Origin: Eledone cirrhosa
Lineage: Eukaryota
Length of the DNA: 64,000 nt
NCBI GenBank assembly: GCA_964016885.1
Contig: OZ024742.1
Coordinates: 298,778,001 to 298,842,000 of the forward strand
Direction: 5' to 3'
Shown here: piece by piece, positions 13,142 to 26,854 of the stretch
Layout of the letters: each line of letters starts with the position of its first letter
Position numbering within the stretch: the first letter of the stretch is position 1
Translations under genes and position numbers: made by a program
The notes under the pieces: model-generated
Database searches by the model: none
The model's input: only the letters and a program-made list of their open reading frames with translations
What the model was told of the DNA's origin: nothing

Positions 13142-13712
13142 GTATAAAAGAAATCATTTCTAATTCATTCCCACAAGCCCTCTTAACTCTTTTATGCCAT
13201 TAGATATATCTAGGAATATCTATGTTCTTTGTCCACTTACCGATTCTAAAACATTTCAATGATATACACATTTTAAGCTTATGAACTTGTTTGTTTTTTA
13301 CTAAAATCTGCATCTCAACGAAATACATGTTAGTTATACAGAATTTCTACTGCTCAACCCGGAAAGATAAATCCACAATGGTACCAATTTACAATTAAAT
13401 AGAAAAACTACAGTAGATTAGGATATATGTTCAACAGTTGTGTGACATTATATAACGGCTGCCCTTTGTACATTATCAATTTTGTTAAGTACGGCGAGCG
13501 TATCAAGAAAAAATGCAAGCACAAACTCAACTAAAATTCTGCTATATTTCTACTAGATTCAAACAGACTGCAGTCATGCTAGGGCATCATGTTGATTTAC
13601 TCGATCACATCGACGTCAGTATTAATTGGTCTTTAATCGAGTACTTCTTTTATTGATATTTTTTCTTTGCTGAACCCAAATTTTTGAGACATAAACAAAT
13701 CCAATAATCGAT

Positions 13713-13739
13713 ACACACACACACACACGTACACACACA

Positions 13740-13778
<39 letters not shown>

Positions 13779-13790
13779 GCACACACAGAC

Positions 13791-13854
<64 letters not shown>

Positions 13855-13872
13855 ATACATGCACAACACACA
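13713..13872. repeat. (CA)n/(GCAC)n microsatellite
   Basis: Read directly. Confidence 0.95.
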
Positions 13873-14785
13873 CCGTGACTGAATATAGAACCAAGTGATA
13901 CCGAAGAGAACTTCTTAACCACACAGCCATGATTGCATTTAAAATGGTAACTATAACTTTTTAACCTTTGGAATACTACCTCAGATTCTACAGCATTTTA
14001 TTTAAGAGTCATTGTTAAGTTACAGGGCAAACATCAGTTTAATCAAGAGGAAGTTATGTTACTGTCCATCCAAAGTCTTGATTTAGTTACAAAATAAATT
14101 AAAAGTCATAAGCAGTCTTTCATGAGAAATATAGTTACAAAAGGGTTATCTTTGTCAAAACCTTTCAAATAAGATCTATTGTAAGATTATGTTCAAAATA
14201 CCGAATACATTAGGAGAAAATGTGTTATGTTATTAAATACCTCCACATCCATATTTTCAAAATTAATTGAAAATCATAGGCATTGCTTTTCATTAGGAAT
14301 ATGGTAACGAAAGTGTTAAACATTATGAGAGTTAATTCTAATATGCATGAATCGTCATTATAAGCAATGTTGTATAAACATACAATATCACAGTCATAAA
14401 ATGAAAGGAAGGACGTTTTAGATAGTGTAATCCTAAATAAATCACGCGTGAAATAAACTATAAACCTGGAATGACTTTGCTCTGACTTCTGGTATGTCAT
14501 TCGTGACCTTTGGATAAATGACTGTGTATGTGTATGTATATATACATGTATATACACACACACACACATATATATATATATAATATTAAGGATACTATTT
14601 ATGGTTATGTATATACTAAAACTTTTTATAGTTATGTATATTTTAAACCCTAAACAGTGAAGGTCAGTAATTTATTACTACCTTATTACCAGTAAGATAA
14701 ATAGCTCAATGTAATAACATCAGTTGTTCTACAGAGCAGTTATATTGAATTCACAAGAATCAAAGCTATGTTCAAAGCATTTATT

Positions 14786-14832
14786 CACTTACAAGTGTTT
14801 CATCCAAACCTAGGCTTGGAATCTTCGGAGCA
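14786..14832 (-). ncRNA. Type I hammerhead ribozyme variant (inverted-arm copy)
   Basis: Exact reverse complement of 21229-21275. Confidence 0.65.
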
Positions 14833-16313
14833 TTTTTCAATGTTTGTACACATAATTGAGCTCCTTTCCAACGCAAGAGACATACAGATACATATATATA
14901 TATTGATGTACAGTGGAGTGACATATATTATACTATATTATTTCTGTATAGCAATTCAAATTCAAAATCAATTCAAAATTAAAATTAAAACAAAATTAAA
15001 ATACATTCGGCAGTTAACACAGATAATGCAAGAGGATAGTTTGTTAGTCAGATGTAGTAGTTAGTGTATGCGTTAGTTACACGTGGGGCATGCAAGTGTG
15101 TCCCATTTATATATGATTATTGTGTGGCAGGGTGTTACATGTAATACAAGCACTTTAAGCGGGTAAGTAAGAGTATTATGGTGGTTGTAGTGGTAAGGTA
15201 TATTTTGTATATAATAAAAAGTATGTGTGCAGAAAAATAAAAATAAAAAGGAGAAGCAAAAGAAAGTTATGGTTTTCGTATCCACCACTATTTTCACATT
15301 CAGGAAAAGTAATAAATAGTTTTTACATCCATCACATAAGTAACGATGATTCCGTATTGGATGTTTGATGCATTAAATTAAATTATTTTAGCTTATTGCG
15401 GCTCAGTGTTATTTAATCCAAATTTATAGAATAGGTTGATTCTGCTGCGAGAATTTACAGCAGTTTATTATCCGGAAGTAAGTGTGTAATTAAGGGGAGC
15501 TAATGCGTAAGGGGAGGTAACTAGATGATTTCCATAACTAAATTCATTGTTCTAACATACATTATAAGGCGCCTCAATTGAGTCCCTTATATAGACGGTT
15601 ATATATTTATATCCAGTTTACAATTTTAAATACAGTCTACTCTATCATGATGTACTAAAGGTATCTATATTAGGATGATTACTCCCTATCATACAGTGCT
15701 ACAACTGAATACTCCATACAAAGAGCCATATCTTTATATCAAAGTTCACTGCAAATGTAGTTTACTCTCAGAACATGTCAGGGGATCTATTAGAATTATG
15801 TCTACATAACCCCTGGTAAGTTCTGGAGCAGCGTATGGCTGTTTGCATGGCAAAGCCAAATACATCTCTAGGGCAGACAAATACATCCCTCATTTACAAT
15901 GTCATTAATCTATCCATCAAGTTATACTTGCATATATAACTCACATACTATTCATACATAATTCATTGCACTCAACATATAAGTTAGACAGATCTCTTAT
16001 GTTAATAAATTAATCTTATATATGTCCAATGTTATCACTCCATACATATAAATACAATTGCATATATAATTCATTGTCGAATCTGGTATTTAAAGCTTAT
16101 ATAGACTGTATTGTATCACTATATAATTATAAGTAATTGAAAGTAATTATACTAAAAGTAGGTGTTTATGGGGACATTTCTAGGGTATAAAGTTATAGAT
16201 AGATGGAATGATTTGTGTCGAGATAGGGTGGATCCGAGAGTGTGGAGTTGTGGTGTAAGGTGTACCCTTGAGGTGTGGTGTTAGAAGTGGTGATGGGTTC
16301 AAGTCTGACATTG

Positions 16314-17191
16314 TTATATATTGGGTTTAAAGTTTTGGAAGGAGTGCCGGAAGCGGTGCTGGCACGACGCAAACACTTCCGATTTTTTATTAAGGAGGTT
16401 ATGGTTTGAGAAGATTATAGTATGGGTCTCTAGTAGACAGAGGTTACAGAATTTATTAGGTGGTTTGTACGATGCCGCCTTACCTATCACGTACTATTTA
16501 AGTGTATAAGATCTATTCCTAGTTTTAAGATAGTGTATGTAGCTAGATAGTGAAGTGGAGTTGGCTAGACTGTGTTTTTTGAAAGAATGGAGGTGTGAAT
16601 TGTATCTGGTTTTGAAGCAGTTCGAAGTAGAGCCTATATATGTTTCAGAAGAGTTGCTAGTTATGACGGTGCATGAGTATATGATGTCTTTGATTAAGCA
16701 GTTTTTATCTAAAGGGCAGGTTCTATTAGATCTACAGTTACAATTATTTTGGATGTTAACCTGCCGGTTATTATGTTGTGTAGAAGTCTGATTGCTAGGT
16801 ATTGCATTATGGCTATGAGGGTTGTCGCTCTCAGCGTTATTGATTTCACTAGTGCTATTATTATTATTACTATTGATATCAGGGGTTGCAGATAAAACGT
16901 TGTTTTGAAGGTTTACGCCCTGCCGTGTTTTAGTTTGTTGGAAGTAAGTATTAATTTTTCTTTTATTGCTACTAGCTATGTGGTATGCTATGTTAGGCGT
17001 GGTAGAGTAGATGTTAATAGTGTTTTTGTTTATAAGACTATGGTACTTGTGGCCAGATGGGAAGTTTTTATCCAGGAGTGAGAAGAAAGCCTTAGGTAGG
17101 TTGGTATAGACGTTTAGATTGAAAGGGGGGTTGAACAATGTATTATTTCTTCTTCTATTTTTGTTTTTTATGTCTGGTGAGATGCTTCCGT
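16314..17191 (-). pseudogene. Inverted copy of the PLE zinc finger and GIY-YIG region
   Basis: ORF 16494-17261 (-) is nearly identical to 18762-19568 (+). Confidence 0.9.
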
Positions 17192-17293
17192 ACATAACTA
17201 TAAAAAGTTTTAGTATATACATAACCATAAATAGTATCCTTAATATTATTAACTGCTCCATACTGTTGAGCTAACATACAATAAATTACCAGT

Positions 17294-19748
17294 ATGCTGA
17301 TCAAAGACCAACTCCCTATGTCAACCAAGAACATACCAATACCATCCAAGGATTCATACGAGAAATTATTGATCAACAGTGTCAACTCATTTATCAATAG
17401 AGTGAGATGGAGGACATTCCATTATTATAAAAACAAATCTAACAAAGTTGATAATGCTAACAAATTCGACTCCTTCGGCTTTAAAACTTTTAGAAGCCCC
17501 TCTCACAACACACTACTAAACTCCTTTGAAAATGACCTAATAAAACTAGTTAAGAACATTAAATACAAAAAGCATCGTAATAAAAACAACACATTCTTAA
17601 ACAAACTTAACTCCTCCATTAATGGATTCAAAACAAATAGTAAAATTATTGTGCATGCGGACAAAACTAATAACACATACAGCCTAGATTTTGATACATA
17701 TAGAAAGTTTATATATAATGAACTACATAAGAGCTACAAGAAAACTACTATAAAAAACTTAGAACAAATTAATATACAAGGCCATAGTATAGTGTCCAAA
17801 CTAGGACTTCAGAGACATACACAACCATACACCCCAAACGCCCCTAGTTTCTCTCAGAAGGACTATAAGGAGGATTTCATTAGCAACCCCTCGATTAGAC
17901 TAATCTGCCCTTCCAAGTCTGACATTGGCATTATCAGTAAGAACATTTTAGATACAATCATCCCACAGATTAAACACAAAATATACCTTAAACAATGGGG
18001 AAATACAGGTGTAGTTATTGAATGGTTCACGGATATCAAGGAAAACAAAGATAAAAAATGTATTCAATTTGATATCAATTCATACTACACCTCTATTTCC
18101 CCTATCCTATTAAATAAGGCACTAATTATGGCCATGAACAATAGTGACCTGACTAGACCCCTGATTGATGTCATACTTGCGACCCGTAAAATTGTAATCA
18201 CTTTTGAAGACCAGTTATGAACCCGCAAGGATACGCATAACAACTTCGACATAACCATGGAATCTAGTGACTCGGCGCAAGTCATGGATTCGTGGGGCCT
18301 ATACTTACTAAACGAAATCCATAAGGACCTTCCATACCTCAACGGTGGTTTGTACCGCGATGATGCACTTCTCCTTATAGACTATAAAAACTTTAATATA
18401 GAAAGAACTAGAAAAGCACAAGACTTTCAAAACCTATAACCTAATTATCACCATAGACAAAAACACTAAAAACGTTAACTTCCTAGATGCCACCCTCTAA
18501 CTAGACTCTAGGATATATACACCATTCCATAAACTTAACGAAAAACTGATTTACGTAGATACCAAGTCTAACCACCCTAGATCAATATTAAACTCTATTT
18601 CTAAGGGAATATCCAATAGAATCTCTAATCTATCTTATGACGAAAACATATTTAGCAAAAACTCACAATATTATAATCAGGCATTAGCTAGATCAGGCCA
18701 TAATAATGAGATCGAGTTCCTACCTACAAAAACACATAGTTACAACATTATTTCGCACAATATGTCCATGAGGAAAAATACTAATAAGAATAATAACCAC
18801 ACACACACTACTACGAAGGGTGGCAACAAACGTAACCCACACAAGGGAGGTCACCAAAATACCATAAACGGAAGCATCTCACCAGACATAAAAAACAAAA
18901 ATAGAATAAGAAATAATACATTTTTCAACCCCCCTTTCAATCTAAACGTCTATACCAACCTATCTAAGGCTTTCTTCTCACTCTTGGATAAACACTTCCC
19001 ATCTGGCCACAAGTACCATAATCTTATAAACAAACACACCATTAAAATCTCCTACTCTATCACGCCTAATATAGCATACCACATAGCTAGTAGCAATAAA
19101 AGAAAAATTAATACTTACTTCCAACAAACTAAAACACGGCAGGGCGTAAACCTTCAAAACAACGTTTTATCTGCAAACCCTGATATCAATAGTAATAATA
19201 ATAATAGCAGTAGTGAAATCAATAACGCTGAGAGCGACAACCCTCATAGCCATAATGCAATACCTAGCAACCAGACTTCTACACAACATAATAACCGGCA
19301 GGTTAACATCCAAAATAATTGTAACTGTAGATCTAATAGAACCTGCCCTTTAGATAAAAACTGCTTAATCAAAGACATCATATACTCATGCACCGTCATA
19401 ACTAGCAACTCTTCTGAAACATATATAGGCTCTACTTCGAACTGCTTCAAAACCAGATACAATTCACACCTCCATTCTTTCAAAAAACACAGTCTAGCCA
19501 ACTCCACTTCACTATCTAGCTACATACACTATCTTAAAACTAGGAATAGATCTTATACACTTAAATAGTACGTGATAGGTAAGGCGGCATCGTACAAACC
19601 ACCTAATAAATTCTGTAACCTCTGTCTACTAGAGACCCATACTATAATCTTCTCAAACCATAACCTCCTTAATAAAAAATCGGAAGTGTTTGCGTCGTGC
19701 CAGCACCGCTTCCGGCACTCCTTCCAAAACTTTAAACCCAATATATAA
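17294..19748 (+). pseudogene. PLE RT, zinc finger and GIY-YIG endonuclease ORF (Naiad/Neptune-like), disrupted
   Basis: Motifs MSTKNIPIPSK, FDINSYYTSI, GGLYRDD, SNHP, CNCR..CPL..NCL, IIYSC...YIGST, CNLC and CQH. Stops at 18220 and 19568, plus frameshifts. Confidence 0.9.
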
Positions 19749-21228
19749 CAATGTCAGACTTGAACCCATCACCACTTCTAACACCACACCTCAAGGGTAC
19801 ACCTTACACCACAACTCCACACTCTCGGATCCACCCTATCTCGACACAAATCATTCCATCTATCTATAACTTTATACCCTAGAAATGTCCCCATAAACAC
19901 CTACTTTTAGTATAATTACTTTCAATTACTTATAATTATATAGTGATACAATACAGTCTATATAAGCTTTAAATACCAGATTCGACAATGAATTATATAT
20001 GCAATTGTATTTATATGTATGGAGTGATAACATTGGACATATATAAGATTAATTTATTAACATAAGAGATCTGTCTAACTTATATGTTGAGTGCAATGAA
20101 TTATGTATGAATAGTATGTGAGTTATATATGCAAGTATAACTTGATGGATAGATTAATGACATTGTTAATGAGGGATGTATTTGTCTGCCCTAGAGATGT
20201 ATTTGGCTTTGCCATGCAAACAGCCATACGCTGCTCCAGAACTTACCAGGGGTTATGTAGACATAATTCTAATAGATCCCCTGACATGTTCTGAGAGTAA
20301 ACTACATTTGCAGTGAACTTTGATATAAAGATATGGCTCTTTGTATGGAGTATTCAGTTGTAGCACTGTATGATAGGGAGTAATCATCCTAATATAGATA
20401 CCTTTAGTACATCATGATAGAGTAGACTGTATTTAAAATTGTAAACTGGATATAAATATATAACCGTCTATATAAGGGACTCAATTGAGGCGCCTTATAA
20501 TGTATGTTAGAACAATGAATTTAGTTATGGAAATCATCTAGTTACCTCCCCTTACGCATTAGCTCCCCTTAATTACACACTTACTTCCGGATAATAAACT
20601 GCTGTAAATTCTCGCAGCAGAATCAACCTATTCTATAAATTTGGATTAAATAACACTGAGCCGCAATAAGCTAAAATAATTTAATTTAATGCATCAAACA
20701 TCCAATACGGAATCATCGTTACTTATGTGATGGATGTAAAAACTATTTATTACTTTTCCTGATGTGAAAATAGTGGTGGATACGAAAACCATAACTTTCT
20801 TTTGCTTCTCCTTTTTATTTTTATTTTTCTGCACACATACTTTTTATTATATACAAAATATACCTTACCACTACAACCACCATAATACTCTTACTTACCC
20901 GCTTAAAGTGCTTGTATTACATGTAACACCCTGCCACACAATAATCATATATAAATGGGACACACTTGCATGCCCCGCGTGTAACTAACGCATACACTAA
21001 CTACTACATCTGACTAACAAACTATCCTCTTGCATTATCTGTGTTAACTGCCGAATGTATTTTAATTTTGTTTTAATTTTAATTTTGAATTGATTTTGAA
21101 TTTGAATTGCTATACAGAAATAATATAGTATAATATATGTCACTCCACTGTACATCAATATATATATATGTATCTGTATGTCTCTTGCGTTGGAAAGGAG
21201 CTCAATTATGTGTACAAACATTGAAAAA

Positions 21229-21275
21229 TGCTCCGAAGATTCCAAGCCTAGGTTTGGATGAAACACTTGTAAGTG
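21229..21275 (+). ncRNA. Type I hammerhead ribozyme variant in PLE pLTR
   Basis: tgct CCGAAGA t tccaagc-ctag-gtttgga t GAAAC actt GTA agtg. Core has U4->C. Confidence 0.65.
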
Positions 21276-21574
21276 AATAAATGCTTTGAACATAGCTTTG
21301 ATTCTTTTGAATTCTCTCTCTATATATATATAACAATAAGCATTACACAAAAACACAAGAAAATCTTACCTTTCCACGTAGTTTGATTTCGATGCTGTTA
21401 ATCTGTTTTAATTGGTAAATATTAAATTGTCCATTTAAATTCTACTACATGTTTTATTCCCCTTTCATTCAATGTATATTGAAAACACAATCATTATTAG
21501 TAATTGGCCGAACATTAATGCGTTGGATGAAATTCATTTCAGGTTTTCGTTTCGACCTTTTACATTTTGATTTA

Positions 21575-22125
21575 AATTGACGCTAAGGTCAATTTTGCCT
21601 ATTACCATTCCAAAATCAATAGAATAAAGAATCCATAAAAATCGCTGGTCTTCAGTCTACATCAGAAATCATTATTGACTTTGACTTTCATCCTTACAGG
21701 GTCGATAAAATAAAGTACCAGTAATGTACTGGGTAATTGCTGGCCTTGTGCCAAAAGTAGAAACAATTATTTTAGGCGGTGGATTGGTAGTATCGGTAGA
21801 GAGTCGGACATCATGCTTTGCAGCATAGTTACGGCCATTTACGTTCTGAATTCAAATCCCGCCGAGGTTAACTTTACGTTTCATCCTTACGGGGTCGATA
21901 AAATAAAGCACCAGTAATGTACTGGTGTAATTGCTGGCCTTGTGCCAAAAATAGAAACAATTATTTTAGGCATCGAATTGACATAACCGCTAGAATATCG
22001 AATACAATGCTTTGCAGTATTCGTTCTTGCTCGCTGTGCTCTAAGACCAAATGAACAGAAGTTGACATTTCCTTTCATCCTTTCGAGTTGGATAAAATGC
22101 CACACCAGTACTGGAGTCGATTCTT
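21575..22125 (+). mobile_element. Tandem cluster of tRNA-derived SINE copies (best copy 21775-21965)
   Basis: Three to four iterations of TTTCATCCTT...GATAAAATAAAG.ACCAG and GGCCTTGTGCCAAAA.TAGAAACAATT. Confidence 0.85.
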
Positions 22126-22807
22126 CCTCTATATATTTTTCTCATATCCTCGCTTTCTCCTTTATTGGAAGAAATCGACTATGTTTAGATCTGGAAAGAG
22201 GATGGGCTCTGCCAGATTTAAAATGCCCACGAATTGCCATATGTCCGTACGGCACCTCCACAACTCCACCATATAGGTTCAGATATAGGTTCAGATATAG
22301 ATACATTATTGTAATAATTGTTTGTACTGTGTAAATATAACTGTGTAAGTATAATTTCCCAATATAAGTGACGAGAGAAAATTTTGTGTGTGAATGTGAG
22401 TGTCGGCATGTGGTTGGCAGTATTGTTGTGAGAGTGTTGTTGGCAGTGTGGTTGTGAGAGTGTGGTTGTGAGAATTTGTGTGAATGTGTGAAGGTAAGAA
22501 TGAAAGATAGTGGGTAGGAAAGTGTGAATGAGGGAAAGGTGTCAACCATACCATCAAGGAAGTGATTAAATGAAATGAGGAGAGTAACAAGTTAAAGACC
22601 GTGAAATATAGAAGATATTGATCAAATATGTATGACCGTAGCACAACGTTTCTTTCTGTCGTAAGAGCTATGGAAACAAACCAGAGACAAGACATTGTAT
22701 TTTACAGGGGAGACACAAGTGTATATGAACCCGTACCTCCTGGTAAAGATGCAAGAGTCGCTTCGTGTCATGAGTCAGGTTTTGGGGATTTTAAACTTGG
22801 CTGATCA

Positions 22808-23205
22808 CATCGCTAGCACAGACGTTTAAACAACTAAATGCTGTTAAAGACAGCAATGGCGGATAATGCCTCAGAGGACAGATACCAGCGATCAATGGTC
22901 AACAGAGAGACAATCCACAAGGTAGGTTACAGGCAGATGAAATATAGAAAAAATTGAAAGCGGGGTGAGGACAAGGTGAAGTGAGATGGCGCATAGAATT
23001 GAATGGAAGAAGTAACTAAAGAAAGGCGATGTAGAAGAAAAGTTTACACACAAACTTCGATTTTTTTATATATTTCATCTGACTGTCCTCAACTTGTGGA
23101 TTGTCTCTCTGTTGATCATTGGCAGCTTGTCACTGTCCTCTGAGGCATGTTTGCCCATCACTGTCTTTGACAGCATTTAACTGCTTTAACGGCTGTTCTA
23201 GCGAT
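22808..23205. repeat. Old diverged inverted repeat (about 150-bp arms, about 95-bp spacer)
   Basis: CAACAGAGAGACAATCCACAAG pairs with CTTGTGGATTGTCTCTCTGTTG; TGCCTCAGAGGACAG pairs with CTGTCCTCTGAGGCA. Confidence 0.8.
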
Positions 23206-23294
23206 GAGTGTGATGTGTTTTCTCATTTTTATATGTATTCAAATACACTTTCGCTTCGTCTCGATCAAAGATAACATTAGTTTTCTTCATTTAT

Positions 23295-23375
<81 letters not shown>

Positions 23376-23388
23376 TATTTATATATAT

Positions 23389-23492
<104 letters not shown>

Positions 23493-23555
23493 ACACATAT
23501 ATATATATATATATACGATATTCATAAATGGAAACTATATTTATAAAACCATATT

Positions 23556-23620
23556 TATTTCATTATACATATTTCAGGGATACCATATTAAATTATGGTA
23601 TGCCTTCATCAGACAAAATA
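23556..23620 (-). ncRNA. Type I hammerhead ribozyme (inverted pLTR copy)
   Basis: Reverse complement of 26629-26693. Confidence 0.8.
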
Positions 23621-23825
23621 CAATATATAACAGTTTTATAAATAGCTTTGACGTACCCTTTTAAAATACAACCATTACTTTTGGAGGCTGTCTGGATAGT
23701 GAATTGTTTATATTGTTTTAATAAGTCATAGTGTTAAGCACAATTAGAAAAAGACGGAGATAAAGAAAAAGAAAAAGAAAAAGAAAAAAGACGGAGAGAG
23801 AGAAAATAACAAAGACGAAGAGAGT

Positions 23826-25016
23826 GTAACCGGAGGATTATATCGTGATGACATGCTTTTACTTATAGAAAATAATAGCTGTGAACTAAATAGAAAAAGA
23901 AAACAAATTATACAATTTTTTAATTACCTTAATCTAAAAATAGAAATAGAGAATAACCATAGAATAGTCAATTTTCTTGATGTAACACTAAATCTCAACA
24001 CATGTCTTCACTATCCATTTCACAAACTAAATGAGAACTTGAATTATGTCAACTTTAACTCTAATCACCCCAGATCTGTTAAAAATACTATAGTGAACTC
24101 TGTTCAAGAACGAATTTCAAGAATTTCATCTAATAAAAATATATTTGATGAAAAAGCGCAGTATTACAACGATGCGTTAGGTAGAGCTGGATATAGAAAT
24201 AAAATTAAATACATCGATAATAATAATAATAAGCAAACTAACCAAAATAATAACAATTTCAATTACGGTAACAACTTTAACAACTATAATAGAAAACATT
24301 ACAATAATTCCAAAAGCCGAAAAAGAAATAGAACTAGAAATATATTATGGTTTTCTCCCCCTTTCTCACTAAATATTAAAACCCCTATTGCTAAACTATT
24401 CTTTAAAGCTCTTGACACACGCTTCCCTAGAACACATAAATATTACTCAATTTTTAATAGACACACTATAAAATTAACTTACTCGTCCACCAAAAATTTA
24501 GCACAAAATATTAATAGAATTAATAATAGGAATTTAAAACCTAACCAAAATACTAATAATAACCCAAACAATATTCAATTAAATAACTGTAACTGTAGAA
24601 ATAAATCTAACTGTCCGTTAAATAACAATTGCTTAGCTAAAAATGTAGTATACAATTGTAATGTTAAAACTAATTAAAATTCATTTAACTATGTTGGTTC
24701 CACCTCTACAGAATTTAAATTTCGCTTCAATAATCATAAGAATTCTTTCACAGATCCAAACAAAAAATCTTCAACTTTGCTATCTAGCCTACTATGGGAC
24801 CTAAAACGAGATAATATTAAATATTCGATGAATTGGAATATTATTTCATAAGCTACTCCTTTTAATTCCTCTTCGGAGAATTGTGATCTTTGTATTGAAG
24901 AAATATTCTTTATATTAAAGTCCAAAAATTCTCTTAATCTAAGGAACAATTTATTCAGTTGCTGCAGACATAGATTGAACTCAACTTTTAAATATAAATA
25001 TAAATTTAAAATGTAG
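23826..25016 (+). pseudogene. PLE RT C-terminus, zinc finger and GIY-YIG endonuclease
   Basis: GGLYRDD, VNFLDV, SNHP, WFSPPFS, CNCR..CPL..CL, VVYNC..YVGST, CDLC and CRH. In-frame stops. Confidence 0.9.
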
Positions 25017-26628
25017 TATAAATAATTAAGTAATTTTAGTTAATATATGGAACCTGTCGATAAATCATTAGATTCCTTCACCTTTTTCTTTTTAATCTTT
25101 CTTCCTAAATATAAACTACTCTAAAATGTCTATACTTCCAATGTATTAAATAAAATATACGTAAGGTAAATTCCTATACTAAATATAAGGTTATCTGTAG
25201 AATCATTGGTTTTTTTTAAATCTTTTAAATTATTTTTATTTATTTGTTTTGATTATGATAGCTTCTCATAACTTTCATATGTCTACCTCTTGATTGAGAT
25301 ATACGTAGGATAAATTTCTATACTAAATATAAAAAACATATTATTTTAACTTAAGATACCCTATAGTGTTTTAAAGATATTTAATGCTTTGATATTATAG
25401 ATTTCTTTTGTCTATACTGATATAGCTGCATTTCCAAAATATACTCATTTGGTATTTTAAATTTATTTTATTATGGTTATGTTTATAATCCTTTAGTGAA
25501 ATATTGATATTTGATTATCTCTATGCAAATGCATATGTGTATATTAACATGCATAAAAAGTGTTATAGATTTTTTTTTGTGTCTATATATGTCTGTATAT
25601 ATACATGAGTGATGCTTAACGACGCACGCAAATATTTATTTATACATATGTATGTGTATATATGTATGTGTATATATCTATGTGGTTGGGAGGTATGTTG
25701 CAGATATGCATAATATTTGACACATGAATAGAATCGTATATATGAGGACATGAATGTTAATCGTATTTTTTTGTATATATATATACTGTGAAATGTTTAT
25801 AACACAAAGAATGTATAGCAGTGATTAAGAGAAATCATTTACGTTTTGTATGGCTATATTGTTGGCTTGAGTAAACATAATTTCTATTTTCAGGACGTGC
25901 GTATCTATATGTATATATATATACATATGTATTTGTACGTCTTTGCATAAAATACTGATCTCTATAGCAAGAGTACATTTTGAACTCAGATTTTGATATA
26001 TTGATCTCAAGTTTTCTAAACTAAACATATAGTCATTATTGATCAATGTTTAATTTCTCATATTATATATCTATGTCCCATTCATGAATATTGATACTTA
26101 TATTTTTATTATTCATTTCATATAAATTGTTAACTCAACTTAATATGACATGACGTAAAGTTTTCATTGTCCCCCCCCCCCTCTCTCTATATAGTATTTC
26201 TCTCTCTTGAGTTTTTCTCTCTGTATGATGACTTGATATCTCTCTGTTGCTTTCCTTTGTTTTTCTTATTTCTTCCTTTTCTTTCTTTTTTCTTTTTTCT
26301 TTTTTCTTTTTTCTTTTTTCTTTTTTCTTTTTTATTTTTTATTTCCTCCTATCTTTATTTATCTCTTTCTTTTCTTCATACATTTCTCTCTCTCTCCGAT
26401 ATTTCTCCAGGTTTTCTTTCTTTCTTTTCTCTCTCTCCGTCTTTGTTATTTTCTCTCTCTCCGTCTTTTTTCTTTTTCTTTTTCTTTATCTCCGTCTTTT
26501 TCAAATTGTGCTTAACACTATTACTTATTAAAACAATATAAAAAATTCACTATCCAGACAGCCTCCGAAAGTAGTGGTTGTATTTTAAAAGGGTACGTCA
26601 AAGCTATTTATAAAACTGTTATATATTG

Positions 26629-26693
26629 TATTTTGTCTGATGAAGGCATACCATAATTTAATATGGTATCCCTGAAATATGTATAATGAAATA
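26629..26693 (+). ncRNA. Type I hammerhead ribozyme in PLE pLTR
   Basis: tattttgt CTGATGA aggcataccata..tatggtatccct GAAA tatgt ATA atgaaata. Stem I is 8 bp. Confidence 0.8.
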
Positions 26694-26854
26694 AATATGG
26701 TTTTATAAATATAGTTTCCATTTATTAATATCGTATATCTACTCCAAAAACTTGTCGAGTGCTTTATATCAGTTATAAAAATATTTACTTGTTGTATCCT
26801 AACAAATTTAAATAGAACTTTTGCATATATATATATATATATATATATATACAC

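Larger units (their letters stand above)
14581..21314 (+). mobile_element. Penelope-like element with a 2.4-kb inverted 3' duplication, inserted in (TA)n
   Basis: 14747-17191 is the reverse complement of 18868-21314. 14581-14638 is the reverse complement of 17191-17248. Contains an RT plus GIY-YIG ORF. (TA)n lies on both flanks. Confidence 0.93.
23511..26826 (+). mobile_element. 5'-truncated Penelope-like element with inverted pLTR, in (TA)n
   Basis: 23511-23824 is the reverse complement of about 26433-26738. RT C-terminus and GIY-YIG ORF, long 3'UTR, hammerhead. Confidence 0.92.

Noticed and set aside
14768-21356. Duplicated small ORFs (62-119 aa) in both arms of the inverted repeat
   Set aside because: Chance ORFs duplicated along with the non-coding inverted repeat. 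No domain signature.
26167-26541. Phe/Leu/Ser-rich membrane-like ORFs
   Set aside because: Polypyrimidine low-complexity tract within a PLE 3'UTR.
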